A stretch of 64,000 nt of DNA from Lingula anatina (Eukaryota; Animalia; Brachiopoda), in assembly GCA_051362555.1 (NCBI GenBank), contig CM120643.1, positions 21,332,848 to 21,396,847 on the forward strand. The letters are read 5' to 3'. The stretch's first letter is position 1, and each line of letters opens with the position of its first letter. Under the pieces are notes generated by a model. That model made no database searches and was not told the origin of the DNA. It worked only from the letters and a program-made list of their open reading frames with translations. Below are positions 30,150-46,743 of this stretch, piece after piece. The translations under genes were made by a program, and so were the position numbers.

Positions 30150-30636
30150 ACTTACATTCAAAAAGTATCATTTCTCTCTATAAATCATGAAAAATTTTAT
30201 GTACATTGCCATTACGTTACTGTTTTCACCGCCATCTTGCCGCTGTTGTCAAGGATCCGAAAGGAAATGTTACAAGTTAATTCATTGGACCACAATCCGA
30301 TCTAAAATTACCAGCAAATCAAAATAATCTTAACAAACCACAGCTACTCACGCGTATTGATACAAAAGTGGGTCACTTACTTTGCGCCAAAAATACCTAG
30401 ATTAATCATTTTGATACACGTTGTAGTTCACTATTTCAACAAATATGCTTGTTTGTTAATCGGTAGCATACGCTTACTTCTGATTCGTCTTTCTCATCAA
30501 CTCATAGTATATTTTGGGCTATTTTCTGTTGCCCAATGCACTCCTTAAGGGGGTGCTTTGGTTGACGAAAGAGTGTCACGTCTGGTGCAGGTGCCGTGCG
30601 AAATCTGGCGAAATTATTACTGAAACATTTGAGAAA
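30150..30636. promoter_or_regulatory. Bidirectional promoter region HYDIN/PRELID3B, including a probable non-coding HYDIN first exon
   Basis: Head-to-head genes; locally CpG-richer; YY1 motif CAAGATGGCGG on the minus strand at 30229-30239; X-box-like GTTGTC-AA-GGATCC at 30245-30258; minus-strand donor GTAAG at 30155-30151. Confidence 0.65.
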
Positions 30637-33518
<2,882 letters not shown>

Positions 33519-34997
33519 TGAAGGCCCAAGCCTAGGTGGTGTAAATTAATCAAGGATGAGATTATTCTGCTAGATGGCAGAGATCAGTGGAAAATCTTTG
33601 CTGGTACCCTAGACCCTAGCTGACGTAAGGAATTGAAGAAGAAGAGATTTTTCCAACTATTGGGAGATTTCCAACTTTTTGGGAGCCAAAAATATCATTG
33701 GGCTATGCATCTCCCTGGATCCCATGCCATATTTTCTGTCTTTTTCTCTAAAATAACAGTCTCATCCCTGATTAATTCAAGAGGTAACTGTGATAACTCA
33801 TCTACTGAAAGGGTATAACAAAGGAAATTGGTGGTGTGAAGGCCAGTTTTTACCCCCTTGAGTGGGGAAGTTACTGTGGCAGCCTGGCAGGTTAAGTCCA
33901 ATCCTAGCTGTTGATATGGTTGATATCAATATCATCATTTGCCAATCATATATTGGGATTTGAAAGAACAAAGAGAGAATATGGATAGCACATGGGATCA
34001 GCAAGCAAACAAGCAGCTGATGGACATTACCTGATACAAAGCATCACAGGGTTAATATCTCTTCTAAGCAGGCTCACCCCTTTGCCTGGTATATATTTTT
34101 TTTTTACTTTGAAGGTGTGGTCCCAGTAAGAAGAGGGTCAGTTTGCTGATCTGTACTCTAGAATCTTCACTACCTCTGCATTGCCAGATTTCTACTCCAG
34201 AAATTTTAATCAAATTCTTAAGTCTGTCTGCATCATCGTAAAGTATGTGTGTGTATAACTGTTAATGGTGATCATGTCTTTACAAGACTGTGCAAGTGAC
34301 AACTTTTTAAAAACCTGAAGATCTGGTTCATTAATGATAAAAACCAATGGGTTGATTTATAAGCCATGTAATGTTATGGCTTGTTTTGCATTTGTTGGAT
34401 TACTGTCATGTGCTGTCATCAATAGGACAAGTTACCAAATGGTTCTGTGACATGTCTTCCTTGTTAATTATTACTATTTATTTCTTTTTTGTTTTTCGTA
34501 ACTATCCTTTTGAGACTTTATTCTTTTTTGTTTTTGGTCGAGTTGAATTATACGCTGTATATCAATTCAGAAAAGTGACCAATGTACCAGAGGGGGAAGA
34601 ATTAAATACATATATATATATATATATATATTGCTTCAATATCTCTTTATTTTATATGCTCAGCATGTTATATATTCAAATACTGTATAATGCTGTATTT
34701 CATTGCAAAGGCTTAATGTTTGGGGCATGAATACACATCTATGGCAGAAGATGTAGTTTATGTAATACGAGGTCTGAAATTTTTTTGCATACAATTTACT
34801 GAGTGTTAAGTATAACTTAATATTATTGCTGTATGTACATATTGTGATACAGAAATCAGATCACACATACTGTAAAATATGATTTCAAATCGAAGCAAAA
34901 TTATTATAACATTGTTTAGATATTGGAATAAGCAGAGGCTCGTTTCTTTAAGACAGAAATTTGTCACAAGAAAAATAAGTTGTCCAATTAAATTTTC

Positions 34998-35155
34998 GGG
35001 GGTGTCTCGATAGTCTGAAGGTTCATTGGTCCGAAAAGTGGTAACATTTTCATCGATTTTTTAATCAAGGGTTCATTTGTCCGAAGGTTCTATAGTGAAC
35101 ATTAGGACCAATGAACCTTCGGACTATTGAACCTTCGGACTATCGCTACAGCCCC
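34998..35155. mobile_element. MITE with 8-bp TSD
   Basis: Imperfect TIRs GGGGGTGTCTCGATAGTCTGAAGG / CCTTCGGACTATCGCTACAGCCCC; internal ~15-bp GGTTCATTGGTCCGAA-like repeats; AAATTTTC on both sides (34990-34997, 35156-35163). Confidence 0.85.
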
Positions 35156-36717
35156 AAATTTTCATTGTTCCTGCTTTGTAACACAAAAGGCATGGTTTAT
35201 GATAGAGGCTAATATTTAATTCAAAGACACTCCTAATGTTTTATTTTGTATTGAAGTAGACCAAATATACTTGTCTAAAATTTAAGGCCAATTTTTTGGG
35301 TTTAGAAAAAATATGTATACCACCACCACAGGTCACTAGATTGGCTGTCCCATCAGTCCCAGGGCACTGGGACAGTGGTTTAAAAGTCTATATCGTCAAG
35401 TATCAAGTAATCTACTATTTACTAATGAGAGTGACCCTTGATAATGCTGTGTTCATGTGCCCCATGCAACCTGAGAGAATTTCATTGCATTTGGCTGGAA
35501 GTTAGTATCATACTTTTATATCAGTTTATATCTGGGTTTATAGTAGTTCAATATTATATATTGGAAATGTCATCTACAAGGTAACTTACCATCTCATTTT
35601 TATAAATGGTCATTTTGTAAAAAAAAAAAAATATATATATATATATATATATTATTGATTGATTGATTGATTGATTGATTTGTCCATGTATTGCCATCCA
35701 TAAAAGGTTAGAGGAGTGAAGCTTCACAGACAAATAATCTGTTCCTCTTGATGTCAATTGTAGTATATTATTTATAGTTATCAAATCCTGGTATTGGTTA
35801 GGGTAGGGGGATATCTTTTTGTGATGTAAACTCTGCTGGCTAGAGTAAGACAGCATACTGTGTAGATCACTTTTAATGCAGAGCTCTTGTCTGTCTGTAA
35901 TATGGTTATGTAAATTTAGCTTCACTTGTTTTTATTGGGACTAATAATAATATTCTTTGTATATTTGTGGTGTCATTTGTTACCTTTTCTTTCACCTAGC
36001 CATGACACAATAGAAACACTGTCCTAACTTTTACTTCAGATCATGCTAGTTTTTGAAATGGAACAGTATTTTACTCCTATTAATCATTTATACAGTGTGA
36101 TTAGCACTTCTTTTATTGTGTTTGCTAATAAAATTAGTGGAAAGGTACATAACGACTGATAGATCCATTTAAGTAGACATAAACTGGCCCAAAATTTTGC
36201 TTTTTTGCAATAAGATTAAGACCCTGTTTAAAAAAGATGCTTATTAAAGTGGACATCTCAACCAAGAGGGTACAAGGAATTAGACACAGTTTTTGAATAT
36301 GGTGATTTATGATGAGGGTCACATTTGGGAGGGTAGTGATCACAGTTCACAGGAAATAAAATCATAAATTTATATTATCACAGTTAAAAAAAGACTAGCC
36401 ATGTCACTGAAAAAGGAAAGTGACAATCACAAATTGCCCAGTAAAATGACCTCATTTCACAAAAGATAAAGAATAAAAAAGTTGCATTCAAAATCAAAGG
36501 TGAACCTTTTTACAAAAAAGAAACATTTAGGAAAGCTGATTGCCGATTTTTAGCTTCATTCCATTTAAGTTCCTCAGAAATAGCAGTTTCTGTATATGAA
36601 ATTAAGGGTGCAAAACTGCCTTTTCGTTATTAAAGCATACAAAGATAATAATAATAATAAATCATTTATTTCCATTAAAAAATTAATAATTTATTTACAT
36701 TAGAAAAATTAACCTTA

Positions 36718-39700
36718 TCACATGTTAAAAGTCAGTTTCACATCACCATCGCTGGGATTAAACAAAGCACTGAAAGTAACACTTGTCCTTGGAGTCACTT
36801 TAACTGGTGTTTTAAAAAGGTGTACACCCTGTCTGGTGTAATAATCCCAGTTGACCTTGACCCCTGGTTGAACTTGCTGACCCCTGGGTCCAGTACATAC
36901 TAAATGGTCATCACCCAAGTCATATTCCATCCAAATAGCCACCCCATGGCAAGTATCACTGCTGAAATGATTCATTTTTATTGGATAAAAGGAAAAAAAT
37001 GGCATTACTTCTTTATAATATCTCTACAGCATATATGCCACAATTAAAACTGATGTTATAACACTCGTTTGGAAAACAGATAGATCAAGGGGAATAACAC
37101 CCAAGTAAATGGTCACAGATTAATGCCCCCCACCCCCCAGGTTTTCAGCTGTTCAGAATAATTAAATTATATATATCACATAAACTCCTTATAAATATAT
37201 TTCTCTTTTTTCTGACCCAAAAGGCAAATCAACTTACCCCTGCAATGCTATAGTCCCTTCATTTCTGATCGGATGTGTGATCTGAGAGACCGGTGTTGTC
37301 ATGTCCAGTTCCAGCAGAGTAAATGGAGTGGACACAGCTGTTCCAGGATACTCCCATAGTGGTTGGGGTTCCACACTGTCATCAGAAATATCACAGGCCT
37401 TCTGAAATGATTTCATTAAAGTCATATATTAACCTTTTTTCACTTGATCTTGCAAGGGAGATGCCATCAGTTGTTTAGGTGCCTTGAATTGATTAACAAA
37501 CCATTATTTACTTCTAAGTAAAGAGAATCAATATGCTGATAATCAAAGACTCTTTACTGTATTTTTATCATATTTGCTGGTCAATTTGAGGCACCTGAAC
37601 TTTCAGAAAAACTTGGTGGGTGGAGTGTCAGTGCAGCACCTTCATAATTCCATATTGCGAATAAAGAGACAGAGAGGAATTTTCAGATAACATATAATGA
37701 TGGTGAATATTGTCTATGTAGTACAATAAATCTTTCATCCCTGCTTTTGAACTGGAAAACTTAAGGAGAATAAGACCAACTGTTTTTCAAAGCATGCAGT
37801 TTTTACATCCCCATACTTTAATATTGCATCAAATACAAAAAACATGAGAAAAACACCAAAATTAATTCAATATTTTTTCATTATCATAATATTTTTTAAG
37901 TAAAATAAGCAACTTTCTTGAATGATATCTCAAAATGGTAAAAAAAAGTCTGAAACAGCATTCTTGAATTATAAAACAAGTCATGCTTTCTCAATTTTTA
38001 CAGTAATTTTCCCATTAAACTTACCTCAATAAGTTGATCGAACTGTCCTAAGTCGAATCCCTCGCAGTTCCCCACAGGTGCCCGGATCTTCCACAGGTTG
38101 TCAAACTCCATTGCTACAGCCTTTAAGATGGCTCTCCTAGGCAGTATGGTAACACTGTCCACCATGAGGTCTGACAAATGTGACCAGCTGTACCAGAAAT
38201 ACAGGTTATGCCAGTGAAGAAGTGACGAGTAGAAATATGGTTCTGCCATACACAAAGTGATCTGAAATAAAAAGATATTATAATGAATGGGGCAAGTGGA
38301 GATAAAAGCTGCAATCTCAAATAAACTTTACCATTATGTAATATGGGACAAGCTGTACCAGAAAGGCAGACATACAGTTCTGCTATTCATATTTGAAATC
38401 TGAAAAAAAAACTTGTATTTGAATTTCTATCATATTCCAGTTTTGTTTTATCCAAACTACATAAACCAAGGCACCTAGTTTGTTTTTCAATTTCCCTTTA
38501 TATCTGACTGGTGTCATGACAACGACAACAATAATAATAAATTATTATAATCTGCCTGTTAATTGATACCTTATTTCCACCTAAATCCTCCTGTGTTATA
38601 TCCCCAGGACTCTTGTCCAGTATGGTGACCACACTGTCCAAATTATTGGACTTCACATAATCTCTGCTCAGCGTCCTGGAGGCAGGCGAGGTTTCTGTGA
38701 CATACACCTGAAAAAATGTAATATAATATAAATCAATGACAATTGAGATTGCCCATGCTGATATATGTTTGTGTGCATGTGTACCTATCTGAGCACAAAT
38801 GTGCACGCATGCATGCTGACCTAAGCTAGGTAAAATGAGGTTTTTGTGGTACGAGCCTGTAGATCAAATATTAACTCACAATAATTGTGATTGCACAAAC
38901 GTATGCTTGTGTGTATGTACCAAATGCCTTAAAAAGGCCAGATGCTATCTGACTTTAACAAAGAACAGGCCTACCCAACTACCAGACTCGGCACCGAATT
39001 CACCGGTAGATTGGACCACACTACCCGTTTTCAAGGTGTGTATCAGTACGCATTTCACAGTATCAGACGCGACACTGCTCTTGCCTAGTACGCGACGTGA
39101 TAGTGACGATTCTCAGCCGGGTTGAAAAGTATTGCATCACCAAACAAAATTTGTTCGGGGTATGATACTGTGAAATGCGTACTGACTCACACCTTGAAAA
39201 CGGGTAGTGTGGTCTGATATACCGGTGAATTCAGGATCATTCAGTGCCGAGTCTGGTAGTTGGGTAGGCCTGAAGAAAATGTGCCACAGATAAAACTAGA
39301 AAGTAAAGAGTTCCACCTGTTTATCTAGAGGATGCATAAACAGCACATCAAAAAGAGATCTCATAAAAATTTGAGTTGAATGTATTTTAGTGTAACTTAC
39401 TTTTTTAGCTCCTAAAGCTGCAGCAATCAGGGGCAATTGAGATCCATCACTGACGCAAAGACATATGCTATCTTCTTTGATAACCTTTCATATCATAAAA
39501 GATCAATACTTGGTTGCTTATATTTCCCAATATGAAATAAAAATTCAAAAGCTTTTTTTTTTATTCAAAAGCTTTTTTTAAAACTTGTATCAACTTGCTA
39601 AGTAAAAGATTAGATTAACTGAACTGTTATTACATTGAGTTAATTCTGCCCATACGTAATATCAAAAGAAAAACAGAAAAATGCATTAAAAGCAATATTA

Positions 39701-42700
39701 TCTCACGATGAATAATACCCATCTCAAAGATCCACTGTAAGCTTCACTTTTATGTTTTTTTTTTATTTCTGTTCCATATAAACATATTGTAAGACTGGAC
39801 GAATAGTATTGTTACCAAAAGGAGTCAAGCTTGCTAAAAAAAAATTAACCTCAAGAAAAATGTGGAGATGACATTATCTCACTATGAATAACTATTACCT
39901 TCCTTAAAGCTCCAATATAAGCTTCCCTTCTGTGACAGACGTTTAACATACCCAGCCGTGGTCTGCTGCAGACAAGATGGAGACCAGAGGAACCAGCGGG
40001 GATTTCTTTACACAGATTGTTCATATTGCTTCAGAAGAAAGAATTTTAATTGCAGTTATTATTTTAATCTTGACAAAAAGAAGTGCAATTTAAGATCAGT
40101 TTCATTAAGATGCTCTTACAAGAAAAACTGCAACTAGATAAAAACAAGGTGCACATGCATTAACTTCTTTTTTTCTTGTAAGATACAGGTATGAATTTAG
40201 TTTGTCATGCTTGTCACACTTAAAGTCAAAGGAAAACTGTTAATTTCTTGATTTTAAAAACATTTCATAAAATAGTTATGCATGTTTGCTATCAGCTTTT
40301 TCAGCAGCCTCAGGAGAAGTGATAATGGAAGCAAAACTTACTAATTATCTGCACAACTATCCAACCAACCTCCTTTTTATTGTAAAATTTTGAGAGACAA
40401 AATTTTTGGCCAAACAATTGCATATGCTAACTGTCTTGTCCAAAACGAGTCCTGGCCTATGAGACCATTCCCACAGATATTTAGATCGATCTATCCCCCT
40501 GGGGAGTCTCACTAGACTGCTGTCAGCTGAATCGGCTGAAATGTCTGTCCTGCCTACTAAAAGCTGTAAGGGGGTAATGAACTTTTGTGCACGCTTGGCT
40601 CCTGGAAGCTGACAGTAATTTAGCGTGAATCCCCAGGGACTTAGGGCGATCCAGATGGATCGATCGAAATCTGTGGGAACCCAGTCTATGTATCTCAGGT
40701 TACAAGCATGGCCTTACTCATTTGGTGTCCTGACATCAAACCACCAACTGTACTCATCATGTATACTGTGTATTAAAACCTGGCCCCCTTTCTCCACATT
40801 ACAGACATGTGATGGGTAGAATATAGCCTGCATCCAGTGGTCCCGCCACTGAAATTAAAATCAGAAATTGCTGTCTCAGCACTGAAATGTGATCTTTTTT
40901 CTCTGTGTGCAAATGGAACACAGCAGAGTGCATGTACTGCCTGCATAAAGTGTTTGTGTTTTAAAAACTGCAATCACAATATATATTGTCTTCACTAAAT
41001 AGTAATATAATTTTCTGTACTTTTTATACATACATACATAATACTGCTTACTTAAAAAGTACAAGACAGACCAATCAAGGTTTCCGTGTTCATTTCATTT
41101 TTCTGCAGCCAGGAAGAGAAATGCTCTACAAGTTCTAAAGGCTACAATATCAATGGTCATTTTTGACCGAAGGAAGCCACCAATCCATCCATCCACAGAT
41201 ATTTCAGATTGCTTCTATAAAGTGGACAGGGCAGACCAATCCAGGTTTACAGCTTATACTGACCTGCATTGCCTGTGGTTCTGGGTGAGCCCACCTGGGG
41301 GCGCAGCTAAGCAAGACATCCCCATCCACATCCATTTGCAGGTCCCACCACATAAAGATTGCATCACACCTTCCACTTGCCGAAGTTTCTACCAACTTTG
41401 ACATCCATCTTTGAAATTCTATTTTGGTTTTCCCACTGAAGTCAAACCTGTTATTTAACAGAAAAAGAAAAAAAATATTAATAACTTACAGCATACAGAT
41501 ATTACAGTTCTCAAAAAAAAAAAATTAACTAGAGGATCAGAGAGGCGATACCACCTCCGAATATTGTACCACCAGCTGGAGCAAGCGCATTCGTATAGAC
41601 CCCCACATACACAAAATAAGGGACACAGCCACCAGTCTTGTGCTTGACAAGCTGTAAAAATGCAATCAACAAGAATTTTTAAAATATGCAAAAAATATAT
41701 ATAACTAAAAATGGTACAATCAAATTTAAGTTCATCGTAAGCTAGGTCAAAGGTCAATTTCAAGGTCACAGTAAATTGCCAGTATATGACTTCCTATTCA
41801 AGTTCAATAGTAACTATGGACCTATCTCTGCCAGGTTTGGAGTTAAAAGAGAAAGAAATCAGCAGAGTTCAGTTCATGATAATAAGAAGGTCAAAGGTCA
41901 ATTTCAAGGTCACACTTAGATTGCCAGTATATGACTCCTTATTTAAGTTCAATAGTAACTATGGACCTATCTCGCTAGTTTTGGAGATAAAAGGGAACCA
42001 AAATTTGCAAAGTTCAATTCATGATAAAAAGTAGGTCAAAGGTCAATTTCAAGGTCACATTTAGATTGCCAGTATATGACCTCCTATTCAAGTTCAATAG
42101 TAACTATGGACCTATCTCTGCCAGTTTTGGAGATAAAAGAGAAGCAAAATTTGCAAAGTTCAGTTCATGGTGAAAAGTAGGTCAAAGGTCAATTTTAAAG
42201 TCACATTTAGATTGCCAGTATATGACTTCCTATTCAAGTTCAATAGTAACTATGGACCTATCTCTGCCAGTTTTGGAAATAAAAGGGAACCAAAATTTGC
42301 AAAGTTCAACTCATGGTGAAAAGTAGGTCAAAGGTCAGTTTCAAGGTCACATTTAGATTGCCAGTATATGACTTCCTATTCAAGTTCAATAGTAACTACG
42401 GACCTATCTCTGCCAGTTTGGAGATATAAGGGACTAAATGTTATAATTTTGGAGTTACCATAATGTACCATAAATTTCTTAGAGAAAAATTAATTAAAAT
42501 TAAGAAAAGGTCATTTTGGTCAAAATTCTTGAAATGGGAGGTGCTCTGAAGTTCCAGATGTTCAAATTTGATGAAATAATGTCATTTTTGACCACAAGTT
42601 GTCTGCTTTGCCAAGCCTTATGTTTTATTTTTCCGGAGTTCAAAATGCATTATCCATTACCGTACTGTACATTTTGCTTTCACCACCAATATGTACTTTT

Positions 42701-45700
42701 TGATACAGCGTAACTCGAAAACCGTATGGAATACAAAAAAACGGAGACCACCCCAGTGTTGGGCTTTACATGCTCTACAAAATGCAAAAAAGAATGGGTC
42801 TCTAGCATTAACAGTTCTCGAATTAGAGACAGTTTTCAGTTTCGGTATCTTATGGCCGCTACTCCCGTGAAAATGCACCGATTGACCCCAAATTCACGGA
42901 GATGAAAGATGACCTGAAGGGTAACACTTTCCAATAATATTATTGGTTAAATCTGTGTGGTGTCTGAATAACAGGGCAAATAATTTTTTTTTCGTAAAAA
43001 AATTCATTTTTTTGAAAATTTTGGCCCGTTTGATCTTGAAAAAAGGTCAAATCCAATGGTATATTTGAAATCTACACATATGACTTTTGGAAAGCCGTCT
43101 GTAGAAATTTTTCCCATAATTCCGTCTGTAGGGTAGATAATTAGCATTTAATTTTGCCATTTTTAGACAAGGGTGCATTGCAATGAGTGCCACACCTAGA
43201 CCCCAATACCGACAAAGCCCAAATTTTACATGGAACGAGTTGAGATTATAGGTGACCTAAATCCAAGAGATGGGTACGGGGGCCCTTACCGTCTAGGAGG
43301 AGAAGCGGTAACGGTAGCCGTCCAGCGGAGCCGGCGGAACGATCCGGACGGGACTAAAACCACGTGTACCGCCAGCGCTAACGCTGGTTGTACAATAAAC
43401 ATGAAACTTCAATTATAGAGATCTGTGCCTGAACAGATATCATAAAGAGAACCAAATTTTAAGCCACTAACAACCTGTAGCCAGCAATGTCAAATGGCAG
43501 CTGCATTTTTTCTGGATTGGTCTTGCCTGATCAATTAATCCAAATGGAGAAAGGCCACAAAACCCAGATCAAATTTTAAATAAGAGTGGACCTTTTTGGG
43601 TAAAAAGGCCAGTGTTTTTCAAACCCCCCCAAAACCCCCTTCCTAAGCCCATCTTCACGCCTGTACCATAACAAATGATTTTGTTTATAAAAAGGAAAAA
43701 AATCCACATTACCTGAATATACAAACTGGATCTGTGATAGGCTGAAAAAGGTCAGTTGATATCTGATCTAGCTGGAGATCATGTAACGATGCTGTTCCAT
43801 CATACTTTGTGATTTCCTGCGGTGGCTGGATTGTCATGTGACCAGGGATGTCAAGAGGCTGAATGGTGTTCCATTTCCGTACAAAGTCCGAGTTAACTAC
43901 TTGTGCGTAGACATTAGCTGAGGTTGGAACGACAATACAGTCATCCTGGCAAAAGAATGTCAAACTTGAACTTCAGCACAAGTACAAAAATTCCAGATCA
44001 ATTATAAGTCATAAATATTTTAATTAGTATTAACATAGTAATCTTCTTTTTTTTTTTTTTTTGGGGGGGGGGGGGTCAACTTCTTTACCCTTAAAATCAA
44101 GAAACAAATTAAGTGTACCCAGTGTACCCATATACTGTTTTAAAGTGTGTTTTTTTCTTTTTTGTCAAGTTATCCTACTGGATTGCACTGCCCATAAAAT
44201 AGTGGTAAATTCTTTATCTTATCTCCCAAAACTCATAAATATATAACCATTAACTTCTTTAAAGAAACCAACATGTTTGATTCAGAGGGTCAAAACATCC
44301 AAGTGAACCACACAGCCAACAAAATACTTCAATCACAATATAAGAGAAGTTATCAACCAACCTCCAGTAATACTTGGTGGGCATGGTGGAATGTCCCCAG
44401 GCCTCCTTCTCCTATAAGTTCTGTGTCAAACACCTCAGTTACCAGGATATTAGCTCTGTGGGGCATGTCTCCACCTGAAGTAATGGAAAAAAGTATTAAA
44501 GATAAAATTATTTTTTCTGAAAATTTCAACACTATTACTTTAATTGCCAAAGTATGCCATACCCATAACTACAGAGAAAATTACACCTAACACATATTCT
44601 GATTGAAAGGTTTACCTATATCCTATATATGGGGTCTTTAGAATTATAAGCTTTGAATCTTTCAAGTAATAGGTCAAAAAATACCTTGTCCCACAGTTAT
44701 TTCAGTGGACCTCTTTGATATGAGATTTATCTTCTCTTCAAAGCCATTGGTCTTTATCACTTCTTTGGCACACTTTGCCATTGGGTGGAATGCCTGGAAT
44801 ATAAATAAATACAAACTGAATATGAGTTCTTCTAGCATGAATTGCACTTCTAAAAAAATCCTGAGTCTGGTCTGGTTGAGTCTCTCATGAGGTCTTCCAG
44901 CAGGGTATAGACATCTAGCACAAGCCAGTGTCAGGTCAGGTTAACCTACCTATAAGTCACCACACTCAGTTTTAACATTTTAACATTTTTATTCTCATTG
45001 ACTGTGATACATACAGTTTTGAGAGCATAGAACAGTACATTCATAGGCTTGTCAACCTGACGGCGTGACCCCCTTGTTCACCATTTTAATAAATTGGTAC
45101 AGATTATAGATTTTTTTCTCTTTCTCACCTCACAAGCTGTAATACTATCAGCTCTATGCCTGGCAGCCATCATAGAGAGTAACCCTGTCCCAGTTCCTAT
45201 GTCAAGAACATTAGCAGGTTTTCCCTGAGAGTGCATGCAGTCTATAGCTTTCTTCAATGCCAACTCATATTTCTTATTCTGAGGAAAAGAAAAGATCTTT
45301 ATGTTCACTTGAACTACTGACTGTAGACACTTCAATGTATCAGCAAGAGGTGAAGTTTTTTAGTTTCAATGCTTAAAGTATATATATATATATATATATA
45401 TAAAGGACAATAAATGAATACTAAAATACAAATACTTATACCCTAATACATGAATTATTACAAAATATGAGGGATTATTCTTATTCTATGTTAGCATATG
45501 GATCAAGAAATTCACCATACTTCAATACTAGTTTTAAAATGCGGTTTCATTTTTTTTTACATATAAAAAGGTAAAAACTCACCCTTTCTGTATCATGCAG
45601 CATGTCTGCATAAGCTGACCTGAATTGTCAAAAATATTCCACAAATTAAATAAAAATTTTTTCATGCACTCGTATTTACAATAACTAATTTACATAATCT

Positions 45701-46044
45701 GTGCAAACTCTAAAACATAATATAGTACACACATGTGCATTAGATATCATTCACTATTGATCATAGTAAAATATTTTTCTTTTCTTTTCTCCATCATGAA
45801 TAGATATTTATTGGTTAATTGGATATATTTTTAGGTTCTCCTTAAGTTAAGATGAACACGTACGTGATGCTTAAAGTACTTTGCCATCTTCATATGTATA
45901 AACTATTATATAATTTTCATAAACTAAATAATTATGATTAAAAACAGCAATTGTGACTAAAGAAGTGCTAACATATGAATCTTAATTCATGTTGTAAACA
46001 TGTATATGTTGGAGGCTGTATCTGTGATTAGAGCTGTCAGATGA

Positions 46045-46092
<48 letters not shown>

Positions 46093-46489
46093 TTTGATTA
46101 TAAATAGATACATTTCCAAACCACATGTAATTTATTTGAATAGCAGAGATATGTTGTTCGAATTAACTACACAAATTTATTGAATATAAATTTGAAAATC
46201 AAGAATTCAAGATATTGAAAATCAAATAGTTATAGGATGAGGAAGGGGATACTGCAAAAGTACCAATGGCGTTTAATATAGTTTTTGTAGTCATCGACCG
46301 AAATAAAGGTGACAAACAAGTCTGGTCAGTGTCACTGTTTTGACTGGCCGTGCAACTCTACTGCTACCCACCCATTTCCACCTACCTTGCTATCTCTTGG
46401 TAGTAATCATAATTCTCATTCTGGGGGATCCATTCCGATTCGCCCGTAACTGGATTTATTCTTGGCACAAAAACATTCTTACTGGACAT
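36718..46489 (-). CDS. PRMT7: Protein arginine N-methyltransferase 7 (two tandem PRMT modules)
   Basis: Exons 46386-46489, 45583-45619, 45129-45278, 44685-44793, 44362-44474, 43713-43945, 41264-41447, 40718-40848, 39899-40028, 39401-39484, 38570-38707, 38025-38261, 37238-37401, 36718-36961. Motifs: RINPVTG...[33 protein letters not shown], double-E loop [21 protein letters not shown], second-module [22 protein letters not shown]. Confidence 0.95.
38966..39272. mobile_element. Foldback MITE with ~100-bp TIRs and 5-bp TSD
   Basis: CAGGCCTACCCAACTACCAGACTCGGCAC... / ...GTGCCGAGTCTGGTAGTTGGGTAGGCCTG; AAGAA on both flanks (38961-38965, 39273-39277). Confidence 0.88.
40463..40687. mobile_element. 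MITE family A copy 2
   Basis: Collinear with 3487-3701 (AAATGTCTGTCCTGCCTACTAAAAGCTGTAAGGGGGTAAT shared). Confidence 0.85.
41527..43399 (+). mobile_element. Non-autonomous Helentron/HINE-like element in a PRMT7 intron
   Basis: Starts AACTAGAGG in an A-rich site, has an internal tandem array, and ends with a CGGA-rich tract plus hairpin TGTACCGCCAGCG-CTAA-CGCTGGTTGTACA (43365-43394) then ATAAA. The family call rests on architecture only. Confidence 0.6.
41744..42430. repeat. Tandem array, ~4.7 copies of a 144-146-bp unit
   Basis: AGGTCAAAGGTCA recurs at 41744, 41888, 42033, 42179 and 42325. Confidence 0.95.
46048..46092. repeat. (AAT)n microsatellite
   Basis: Perfect trinucleotide run. Confidence 0.9.
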
Positions 46490-46712
46490 GGTTAAATTAC
46501 GAAGTATGAAGAAAACGCACTTTGCTCGAAGCATGTGTAAGACAACAACAACTAGCACATGTTGGTGTAATATTGCCCGAAAGATGGCGCTCGTACACAA
46601 GATAGGCTGTAGTATATCTGTCTATTGCTGGACTGCTGGTTATGATTAATTCAAATTAACAAATAAAGCGATTTCAACTGAATGTAATTTTCTTTTATTT
46701 TTTTTCACCTCC

Positions 46713-46743
<31 letters not shown>

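Noticed and set aside
30528-30542. Second possible X-box GTTGCC-CAA-TGCACT
   Set aside because: The right half-site does not fit RGYAAC
41744-42430. Regularly spaced repeats resembling a CRISPR array
   Set aside because: Whole units repeat with no unique spacers; eukaryotic satellite, no cas genes
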